Shown here in pieces: positions 1 through 7,134 of a stretch of 64,000 nt of DNA. Positions within the stretch are counted from its first letter, which is position 1. Each line of letters opens with the position of its first letter. The notes under the pieces were generated by a model. That model had not been told where the DNA came from and did not search any database. It saw nothing but the letters and a program-made list of their open reading frames with translations. The stretch lies in the NCBI GenBank assembly GCA_025354565.1, contig JANXMQ010000247.1, positions 5,880-69,879 of the forward strand, given 5' to 3'. The DNA comes from Akkermansiaceae bacterium. GTDB taxonomy: Bacteria > Verrucomicrobiota > Verrucomicrobiia > Verrucomicrobiales > Akkermansiaceae. Made by a program: the position numbers and the translations under genes.

Positions 1-980
1 TTGAAAATGTGCTGGTTCACCAATCCGGGGCCATTGCTCCAGAGAAAGGCATCGAGAGAGGTGTCCGGGCTACCTGACCATGAGTAGAGCAGATCGCCGG
101 TGTCGATCATCTGATCCGATCCAAGTTGTTTGTTGGACCATTTGGTTTGTTCGGTGAGGCCGCTTTTGAGTTCGGCAATCTTGATTACGGGGAGTCCGCC
201 CCCGCTTGGGCAAAAGTCTGCGGGCTTGAATGGGGCTCCATTTCGATAGGTTGCCGTTTCATAGAGTGGCATGACTTCCCATCCGGTCGGAATCTCTCCA
301 ATTGCAGAATCTTCAAACGAATCCGGAAACAGCAAATCTTCCGGTCGTGATGCGCCGCCTTCGGAATTTCTTCGAACGGGATCGAAACCAACGAACCAGC
401 TCTGGAAGAGCGCCCGGGCCATCGCCTCCAGCGTGGCGTTCATCCGGCGGTTCAATTCGATCTTGTCGTCCAGCGTGCCGAGGATGTGGGCGATTGCTTC
501 AAGCTCTTTTGGTGGTGGAACCGGTATCTGGAGAGCGCTGATGCTTTTCAAGCTGATAGTTTTTTGTGTAGTCCCTACAGCAACTTGTTCGATCTCGCGT
601 CGAGCCTCAGGGGATTGGAGGAATAGATGCAGGTAGCGCCCGTTGATATTTGGCGAGATTAATGCTGTATTTTGGCCAAGACAGAAAGGGGCGTCTGTTT
701 CCGCATAGCTGAAATTGCCGCATGAACCTACTCGGCTAATTATAATATCGCCACTTTTAGGCGTATAGCGCCGTATGAATTCAAGGAAGACATCTTCGGA
801 CACACGCAGTGTTTCTCTAAGATCCAGAAATCCGCCTTTTATATCTGTTACCCGAACCATTGGCTTGCCGGCGGCTGAATAGGTTGGCGTCTTGTGCAAT
901 GAATCAATGATTGTCGAAACCTCATCAAGCCTACGATACTCCCATGCCACTGATGCCGTTTGAGCAGTTTCAAAAGTCAT
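1..980 (-). CDS. hsdS: Type I restriction-modification specificity subunit HsdS (3' part runs off the left edge)
   Basis: Own translation of the minus strand from ATG at 980: MTFETAQTASVAWEYRRLDEV... It has the central conserved helix LQIPVPPPKELEAIAHILGTLDDKIELNRRMNATLEAMARALFQSWFV, followed by a second target-recognition domain (IPTGWEVMPLYE...). It is absent from the ORF track because no stop lies inside the window. Confidence 0.8.
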   Translation of the reverse strand, partial: MTFETAQTASVAWEYRRLDEVSTIIDSLHKTPTYSAAGKPMVRVTDIKGGFLDLRETLRVSEDVFLEFIRRYTPKSGDIIISRVGSCGNFSYAETDAPFCLGQNTALISPNINGRYLHLFLQSPEARREIEQVAVGTTQKTISLKSISALQIPVPPPKELEAIAHILGTLDDKIELNRRMNATLEAMARALFQSWFVGFDPVRRNSEGGASRPEDLLFPDSFEDSAIGEIPTGWEVMPLYETATYRNGAPFKPADFCPSGGGLPVIKIAELKSGLTEQTKWSNKQLGSDQMIDTGDLLYSWSGSPDTSLDAFLWSNGPGLVNQHIF

Positions 981-1003
981 ACCCCAGCCCTCCTTCGATA
1001 GCC

Positions 1004-1172
1004 CCAACGGGGCGAGATTCGTTAGCCCGGGGCAACGCCCTGGGGACCATAGTTAAAAACCTATCAAGCCCTGAAGGGGCATAACAACGGATATGTCGCC
1101 CCTTCAGGGCTTGATGATATGGGGACGCAAACCCAGGGCGATGCCCTAGGCTGTCGTGAGTTGCACCGTTGG
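1004..1172. repeat. About 170-bp imperfect palindromic element (REP/MITE-like)
   Basis: Perfect 18-bp arms atcaagccctgaaggggc (1063-1080) and gccccttcagggcttgat (1098-1115) with a 17-nt loop. Outer imperfect arms start at ccaacgg (1004) and end at ccgttgg (1172). The 74-aa ORF 970..1194 is a translation artefact of this element. Confidence 0.7.
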
Positions 1173-1318
1173 TGCTGAAGAATTTCCGATTCATCTCCTT
1201 CCTCCACCCTCCGATTTCAAGAACACCACATACTCACCCATCACGTCGAGGGCGAGGGTTTGGCTAGGACGATGTGCCTTGTGAAGACTTGATGCGAAGT
1301 GATTCATGTTAGATCCCA

Positions 1319-1819
1319 TCACTTTTTCTTGGCGGATTTCGCCGTTTTGGGGGCTTTATTCGCGGTTTTCTTCTTAGTTGATAGACTCGCTTGGCGGACC
1401 TGTGCTTTTTCCAGCTCTATATCTCTGACCACCTCCTCCATCATTACGGTGGGCAGGACCATTTTCCGGTGGGGAAAGGAACCTGTGATATTGGACACTT
1501 GTCCACGCAGGATTCCGTAGAGAATCGTGCAGCCGTTGAGGCGCACTAGACTTTGCATGGTTTCCTCTGTGGCATCCTCGGGAAAACGGAAGAAGCCGAC
1601 GATTTCGCAATCCAAGGAATAATCAACCGGCGTTGACGTTTTGGATTTGGATGCCAGCCGGAAAGCGAGACGGAAGCGTTGCTTTTCCGTGGTATGCCTA
1701 GCGACATCGTAGTCGAAGAGATAATCGATATCGATGCTGCCGGGCTGTGTCGGCTCATGCCACGCGACGTTCACGCGCGTCATGAAAAACTCATCAAGAT
1801 GACAAACGGGTTCGCTCAT
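1319..1819 (-). CDS. SecB-like chaperone (third gene of a toxin-antitoxin-chaperone module)
   Basis: The segment SLDCEIVGFFRFPEDATEETMQSLVRLNGCTILYGILRGQVSNITGSFPHRKMVLPTVMMEEV aligns by eye with the E. coli SecB core (CEVQQGGIFSI...[32 protein letters not shown]). It has a Lys-rich tail. It overlaps the upstream antitoxin gene by 26 nt. Confidence 0.6.
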   Translation of the reverse strand: MSEPVCHLDEFFMTRVNVAWHEPTQPGSIDIDYLFDYDVARHTTEKQRFRLAFRLASKSKTSTPVDYSLDCEIVGFFRFPEDATEETMQSLVRLNGCTILYGILRGQVSNITGSFPHRKMVLPTVMMEEVVRDIELEKAQVRQASLSTKKKTANKAPKTAKSAKKK

Positions 1820-2348
1820 GGTGTGGGCTGGGGAATACGGTGATGTTGCTGGATTCGAAGCGGTCTACAAAAACGGAGGCATGTTTTGGCTCCAGTTTCG
1901 GGAAATCCGTGCCGGGCTTCACGTCAGTGGTCACGGTGAGGCCGCGCACGAAGATCATGCGTTCACTCTCGGGGAGCATACGGACGTGGAGTTTTACATC
2001 GAGGGCGGTGGATAACTCGGCGAGGGTATCGATGGTGAAGTTTGCGGGTTGTTCTTCATCGAGAATCTTGCCGATATACTGGCGTGATTTGCCGAGTTTG
2101 GCGGCGAGGGTGTTGCGTTTGAGTCCAGTGGCTTCCATGGCACGGAGAATATCCTCAACAATGAGGCCCTTGGAGATTTCCGCGAGGAAGGCCGGATCGG
2201 CGCGGAGTACCTCCGCAGCTTTGGCCAGTCCGGCCAGTTCCTTGGCGGAGGCTTGGTGTGTGTTCGCAAAGAGCGCGGCGATGTCGTCGGGAAGTGAGGT
2301 TGCGGCAGGCGATTCGGCCACTACTCGTTTTTCAGTTATGCTGCTCAT
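1794..2348 (-). CDS. HTH (XRE-family) antitoxin, HigA-like, with a long C-terminal extension
   Basis: The helix-turn-helix GLKRNTLAAKLGKSRQYIGKILDEEQPANFTIDTLAELSTALDVKLHV is followed by about 55 extra residues. It overlaps the toxin gene by 17 nt and the chaperone gene by 26 nt. Confidence 0.7.
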   Translation of the reverse strand: MSSITEKRVVAESPAATSLPDDIAALFANTHQASAKELAGLAKAAEVLRADPAFLAEISKGLIVEDILRAMEATGLKRNTLAAKLGKSRQYIGKILDEEQPANFTIDTLAELSTALDVKLHVRMLPESERMIFVRGLTVTTDVKPGTDFPKLEPKHASVFVDRFESSNITVFPSPHHERTRLSS

Positions 2349-2748
2349 AGATTTGTTTCAGTTGGTGACAGTTTTCAAAAGCTTGATCCTGCTCTTTCCT
2401 GCTACTCTTGGTTTTCCAGTAGGTGTTGGTGCAAATCACGGCGGCTTGGTTTTTTTCGCAGTAGAAGAACATCAGCCGGGCGCTGCCTTTGTCGGCACGG
2501 ATTTCATAGACTCCGTCGTGTTTCGGGTTGCTGCTCTTCTTGACCTTTTTCTCATCTCGGATCCGATCCACTTGGCCGATGATCGATAGGATTTTCATGA
2601 TTTTCTTGTAGTCGCCCGGTGATTTCCGCTCCCACTCCACCAAGGGACCGAGCACGAAGTTGCGGCCGTTGATCTGAAGAACGCGGATCTGCCAGACGAG
2701 CTGCTGGTGATTCGTGACACCGGGAATCTGGATGAGCTCGACAGCCAT
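2332..2748 (-). CDS. RelE/HigB-superfamily toxin (phage Gp49-like / DUF891-like)
   Basis: The motif GVYEIRADKGSARLMFFYCEKNQAAVICTNTYWKTKSSRKEQDQAFENC matches the pattern of Gp49/HigB-type toxins (xxyElR...yRilyf...ivlthgfxKK). It sits upstream of an HTH antitoxin. Confidence 0.65.
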   Translation of the reverse strand: MAVELIQIPGVTNHQQLVWQIRVLQINGRNFVLGPLVEWERKSPGDYKKIMKILSIIGQVDRIRDEKKVKKSSNPKHDGVYEIRADKGSARLMFFYCEKNQAAVICTNTYWKTKSSRKEQDQAFENCHQLKQIYEQHN

Positions 2749-2918
2749 GTCAACCTATGGGTTTACATTTTATCTCTTGCCTGCTCGCGCAGAATGCAGC
2801 CAATTGATGCCGCTGACCCTGGAATTCCCTCTCCCGCCCTTCGCGACGGTGACTGGAGCCAGGGGTTTCTTTATTTTCGGCCTGTGGCAGAAATCCCTCA
2901 CGAAAACCCTCACCCCGG

Positions 2919-2939
2919 CCCTCTCCCACGGGGAGAGGG
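2919..2939. repeat. Perfect 9-bp hairpin inside a low-complexity intergenic repeat
   Basis: The sequence is ccctctccc-acg-gggagaggg, located 19 nt downstream of the hsdM stop. The surrounding sequence yields the artefact ORF 2750..2968 (PLPVGEGRGEG...). Confidence 0.5.
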
Positions 2940-2957
2940 GGAATTGCCACCAAACAT

Positions 2958-4274
2958 TTAGAGCGCATAGCCGAGTCCTTTCAAGTTGGCTTTGATGGCG
3001 GATTCGAGTTTGGCGGACTCTGCGAATTGGTTGGCTAGCTCAGCGCTGAGACGGGACATTTTCACGTCGAATCCTTCACCGTCGTCTTCGATGTCTTCGG
3101 CTCCGACGTAGCGGCCCGGTGTGAGGACGTGACCGTGTGAGATGATTTCCGTGAGATTTGCGGATTTCGAGAAGCCCGGCGCATCGGAATACGATGCGAA
3201 GTTGCTAGTTTTCAGTTTTGAGTTTTCAGCGGAAGAACGCCATTCGCGGAAAGCTCCGGCGATTTTCTCAACGTCGTCTGGAGCGAAATCACGCAGCACC
3301 CTGTCCTTCATAAAGCCTAGCTTGCGGGCGTCGATGAAGAGCGTTTCGCCGCGGCGGTCGCGTAGGGCGGCGGCACCAGGCCGGGAGCGCTTGGCTTTGT
3401 TTTTTGTGAGGAACCAGATGCAGGCGGGAATCTGGGTATTGGTGAAGAGCTGGCCGGGCAGGGCGACCATGCACTCGACGAGATCTGCCTCGATCAAGGC
3501 GCGGCGGATGTCGCCTTCGCCGCTGGAATTCGAACTCTTCGAGCCATTGGTGAGCAGCAGCGCCATCGAGCCATTCGGCGCGAGGTGGTGGAGCATGTGC
3601 TGGACCCACGCGAAGTTGGCATTCCCCTGCGGCGGCGTGCCGTATTTCCAGCGGGCGTCGCCCTCCAGCTTGCCGTCCCACCATTCTTTAATGTTGAAGG
3701 GCGGGTTTATCCTCCCGTTGGGACGATCTGCGGGGTGGCTTCGCGGGAGTGAACGCGCTGCCGCGCTGGGCAGTGCCATCACGAAGTCGGCGCGGAGGTC
3801 CGGGTGCTGGTCGCGGATGAAGGTGTCCGCCGGTTCCTTGCCGAAGTCGAAGTCGATGCTGCGGATGGCCATGGGAGAGGAAGAATTTTTAACCGCAAAG
3901 GCGCAAAGGTCGCCAAGGGACACAGAGGAAGACTTTGAACGGGAGGTTTTGGGGCCGTGGCCGAGGATGTCCTTCGCGTGAAGGTCCGCGTGCTGGAACG
4001 GGATGTTGGCGATGAGGTCGATGAGCCCCGCGAGGTTCGCCGGATCGATCTGGAGCTGGGTGTAGTTCTTGTTGAGGACGTTCTTGAGCTTCGGGTTCTC
4101 CTTCTCCACCGCTTCCAGCGCGTCGTCGATGAACTTGCCGGTGGAAGTGAATTTGTAAGAGTGGGCGAGACGCCCACGCTCCTTGATCTCCGTCCCCGCC
4201 GGGAGCTTGTCGGCAGCGGTCCAGAGCTTTTTGTCGAGCTCGCGGAGGAAGATCTGGGAATCGGAGGGGGGCAT
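2958..4274 (-). CDS. hsdM: Type I R-M methyltransferase HsdM-like, apparently degenerate (SAM-binding core missing)
   Basis: Clear HsdM blocks are present: LDKKLWTAADKL, EKENPKLKNVL, DILG, AIRSIDFDFGKEPADTF, NPPFN (3696-3707), RWKYGTPPQGNANFAWVQHMLHHLAPNG, GEGDIRRALIEADLVECMVALPGQLFTNTQIP, LFIDARKLG and LTPGRYVG. No DPxCGSGG-type motif I is present. About 100 residues between DILG and AIRSID are replaced by a 29-aa filler (3873-3962). Confidence 0.7.
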   Translation of the reverse strand: MPPSDSQIFLRELDKKLWTAADKLPAGTEIKERGRLAHSYKFTSTGKFIDDALEAVEKENPKLKNVLNKNYTQLQIDPANLAGLIDLIANIPFQHADLHAKDILGHGPKTSRSKSSSVSLGDLCAFAVKNSSSPMAIRSIDFDFGKEPADTFIRDQHPDLRADFVMALPSAAARSLPRSHPADRPNGRINPPFNIKEWWDGKLEGDARWKYGTPPQGNANFAWVQHMLHHLAPNGSMALLLTNGSKSSNSSGEGDIRRALIEADLVECMVALPGQLFTNTQIPACIWFLTKNKAKRSRPGAAALRDRRGETLFIDARKLGFMKDRVLRDFAPDDVEKIAGAFREWRSSAENSKLKTSNFASYSDAPGFSKSANLTEIISHGHVLTPGRYVGAEDIEDDGEGFDVKMSRLSAELANQFAESAKLESAIKANLKGLGYAL

Positions 4275-4553
4275 GGGGTGAAGAAGTGCCGAGTCAGCAG
4301 TGATCAGTGATCAGAAAAGATTTGAGAGTGAGCAGTGAGCAGGAAAAATTCGTCAGGGCTAGGCAGGTGTTTCGCTACCAGAAGCTAACAACATTCGGAG
4401 GGGCGGAAAGGAGAAAATCGTGGTGATTTCCGATGAAAGCCCGTCTATTGAGCCTCACAATCCGCGTTCTTGAGAGTTTAGGAATCCAATGCGAGGCACA
4501 TTTTCCACAAACGCGTTGCACCGACCGAAGATCGGGAGAGAATCCCGCCGTCC

Positions 4554-5600
4554 ATGACTCCTGATTTCATCCGCGAAGCGCTCCGCCAAGTCCGTTACCC
4601 CGGTTTTTCTCGGGACATCATCTCCTTCGGCCTCGTCAAAGAGGTGAAATGCGAGCCCGGCCTCGTCACGGTCCAACTCGAAATCGCGACTCGCGATCCC
4701 AAGGTGCCGGAACAGATTTTCCAAGACTGCCACGCAATCCTCGATCCCCTGCCGGACATCGGCACCGTGAAAATCGAGATCGACGTCAAAGACGCGCCCG
4801 CCGCCGCTGGTGGTCTTGGCTCGACTGTCGGCAAGTCCTCAATTCCCGGCGTCAAGCGCATCCTTGCGGTCGCTTCTGGCAAAGGAGGCGTGGGAAAATC
4901 CACCGTCGCCGCCAATCTCGCCGTCGCCCTCGCCGCCACAGGCGCACAGGTCGGCCTCTGCGACTGCGATCTCTACGGCCCATCGGTCGCCCAAATGTTC
5001 GCCGTGAACGAGCGCCCCATGGCCAACGACCAAGACGAAATCATCCCCCTCGAAGCCCACGGCGTAAAACTCATGTCCATGGGCTTCCTCCTCGAAGACC
5101 GCTCCCCCGTCATCGTTCGCGGTCCCATGGCCACCCGCTACACCCAGCAATTCCTCCGCCAAGTCGCATGGGAAAACCTCGATTACCTCGTGCTCGATCT
5201 CCCGCCCGGCACCGGCGATATCCAGCTCACCATCGTCCAAACCGTCGCCGTCGATGCCGTCGTCATCGTCACCACCCCCCAAGAAGTCGCCCTCATCGAC
5301 GCCCGCAAAGCCGTCTCCATGTTCGCCAAAGTCAACGTCCCCATCCTCGGCCTCATTGAAAACATGGCTTGGTTCGAGGGCGACGACGGTAAAAAATACC
5401 ACCTCTTCGGCAAAGACGGCGGCGTCCGCGAAGCCGCCGAAATGAACGTCCCCCTCCTTGGCCAGATCCCCATCGACATCGAGACCCGCGAGCGCGGCGA
5501 CAGCGGCGCCCCCATCGCCCTCGTCTCACCCGCCCTCAGCAAAATCTCCGCCGCCTTCCATCAAGTCGCCGCCCACATCCGCGCCAAGCTCCCCTTGTAG
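4554..5600 (+). CDS. apbC: Fe-S cluster carrier ATPase Mrp/ApbC (N-terminal DUF59 domain + ParA-type P-loop)
   Basis: It has the sequence ILAVASGKGGVGKSTVAANLAVALA, a CDCDLYGPS motif and the segment LVLDLPPGTGD. This is the typical Mrp/NBP35 architecture. Confidence 0.9.
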   Translation: MTPDFIREALRQVRYPGFSRDIISFGLVKEVKCEPGLVTVQLEIATRDPKVPEQIFQDCHAILDPLPDIGTVKIEIDVKDAPAAAGGLGSTVGKSSIPGVKRILAVASGKGGVGKSTVAANLAVALAATGAQVGLCDCDLYGPSVAQMFAVNERPMANDQDEIIPLEAHGVKLMSMGFLLEDRSPVIVRGPMATRYTQQFLRQVAWENLDYLVLDLPPGTGDIQLTIVQTVAVDAVVIVTTPQEVALIDARKAVSMFAKVNVPILGLIENMAWFEGDDGKKYHLFGKDGGVREAAEMNVPLLGQIPIDIETRERGDSGAPIALVSPALSKISAAFHQVAAHIRAKLPL

Positions 5601-5729
5601 CAGCATCTCCATAAGCCCGGAAGAAATCTCCTTGCGATAGCGTCGTTTGAGAAAGGTTGGTTCGGTGAATGTGAATTCAAGCGCAAGCCCGGCGCTCCTT
5701 TTACACGTATCTGTGTGAATTCGTTCGCC

Positions 5730-6926
5730 TCAGGCCAGCTCCAACGAGGGAATTCCCACCGCCGGATCGGTCTCCGCGCTGTAATCCACGCCTGTTAGTC
5801 CGAAGCCGAACAAGCGCAGGAAGCTGGATTGATAGCCCTCGAAATCGCCGAGTTGGGGGAAATTTTCCGTGTTCACCTCACTCCAGCGCTGACCCACAAG
5901 AGCCTGGACCTGCGGAGTCATTTCCCAATCGTCCACGCGGATGCGCCCGGCGGCGTCGGGCTGGGGATCGCCATTATACAAGCGCTCGCGGAGCAGGCGG
6001 TCCATTTGCTCGATGCAGTCTTCATGGGTGCCCTCCGCTTTCATCACTTTATATAATAGTGAGATGTAAAGCGGGACGACGGGAATGGCGGAACTGGCTT
6101 GGGTGACGAGCGCCTTATTCACGGAAACCCAGGCCTTGCCGCCGAGTGGCGCGAGCTTGACATCGAGTGCCCGCTGGACCCGCTCCAGATCCTCCTTGGC
6201 CTTGCCGATGGTGCCGTTTTTGTAAATCGGCCACGTCACTTCCGGCCCGATGTAGGAGTAGGCCACGGTTTGCACGCCAGCCGCCATCACGCCAGCTTCT
6301 AGCAACGCATCCGTCCACAGTTCCCAATCCTCGCCACCCATGACGGCGATGGTTTGCCGGATGTCGTCGCCCTCTGCGGGTTCGATGGTGATTTCATTGA
6401 CCACGCCGGTGCCGGTGTTGAGATTCTTGTTCGTATAACTCGCGCCCACGGGCTTGAGGACGGATTTATAAACCTCGCCGGACTTCGGATCGGTGCGGCG
6501 CGGCGAGGCGAGGCTGTAAACAACCAGATCCACCTGCCCGAGGTCTGCCTTGATCGCGGCGACGACCTCCGTTTTCACCTCATCGGAAAAAGCGTCGCCA
6601 TTGAAAGAGCGGGCATAAAGACCGGCGGCGGCTGCTTCCTTTTCAAATGCCCTGGTGTTATACCAGCCAGCCGTCGCGGTGCGGTCGGCCTCGCCGGGAC
6701 GCTCGAAGAACACGCCGATGGTCGCTGCATTGGAGCCAAACGCGGCGGCGATTCGTGAGGACAACCCGTAGCCGGTGGACGAGCCAATCACCAGCACGCG
6801 CTGCGGGCCGTTAGTGATCGGCCCACGGCTTTTCACGACGGCGATTTGTTCGGCAACATGTGCGGCACAACCTTCCGGATGGGCGGTCGTGCAGATGAAT
6901 CCACGGATCTTCGGGGCAATAATCAT
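5730..6926 (-). CDS. fabV: Enoyl-[ACP] reductase FabV (trans-2-enoyl-CoA reductase family)
   Basis: The N-terminus MIIAPKIRGFICTTAHPEGCAAHVAEQI matches the canonical FabV N-terminus. The start was moved to the second Met of ORF 5730..6938. Confidence 0.85.
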   Translation of the reverse strand: MIIAPKIRGFICTTAHPEGCAAHVAEQIAVVKSRGPITNGPQRVLVIGSSTGYGLSSRIAAAFGSNAATIGVFFERPGEADRTATAGWYNTRAFEKEAAAAGLYARSFNGDAFSDEVKTEVVAAIKADLGQVDLVVYSLASPRRTDPKSGEVYKSVLKPVGASYTNKNLNTGTGVVNEITIEPAEGDDIRQTIAVMGGEDWELWTDALLEAGVMAAGVQTVAYSYIGPEVTWPIYKNGTIGKAKEDLERVQRALDVKLAPLGGKAWVSVNKALVTQASSAIPVVPLYISLLYKVMKAEGTHEDCIEQMDRLLRERLYNGDPQPDAAGRIRVDDWEMTPQVQALVGQRWSEVNTENFPQLGDFEGYQSSFLRLFGFGLTGVDYSAETDPAVGIPSLELA

Positions 6927-7134
6927 AGCGGCTTGCAAGCTATCGCCAGCCTGCGGCTAGGCAACTGTTTTTGGTGAGGGATGTTTCAAGCTGACGGGTG
7001 ACACCCTTGTTACGCTATTTCCGCTTAGGAGCGTTCTTCTAGCTTGTCAGTTGGCAGGGAATCAGCAGTGTTGCGCAGTATCAAATTGATACGTTAGCTC
7101 ATTATTTTCGAACAAAATCCTGTCAGATCATCTC

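Noticed and set aside
970-1194. 74-aa ORF (MNRKFFSTNGATHDSLGHRPGFASPYHQALKGRHIRCYAPSGL...)
   Set aside because: It lies entirely within the 170-bp palindromic repeat. Its sequence is the mirror-like translation of the two arms, so it is not a credible protein.
2750-2968. 72-aa ORF rich in G/E/R (PLPVGEGRGEGFREGF...)
   Set aside because: It is the translation of a low-complexity hairpin repeat in the hsdM/toxin spacer and overlaps the hsdM stop. It has no start context.
4649-5359. 236-aa Arg/Pro-rich ORF, and other long alternative-frame or antisense ORFs inside real genes (for example 7147..8130, 35749..36747, 47277..47837, 49913..50755)
   Set aside because: These are typical high-GC shadow ORFs. 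Their composition is dominated by R/P/G/A. Each is fully embedded in a gene with strong family motifs on the other frame or strand.
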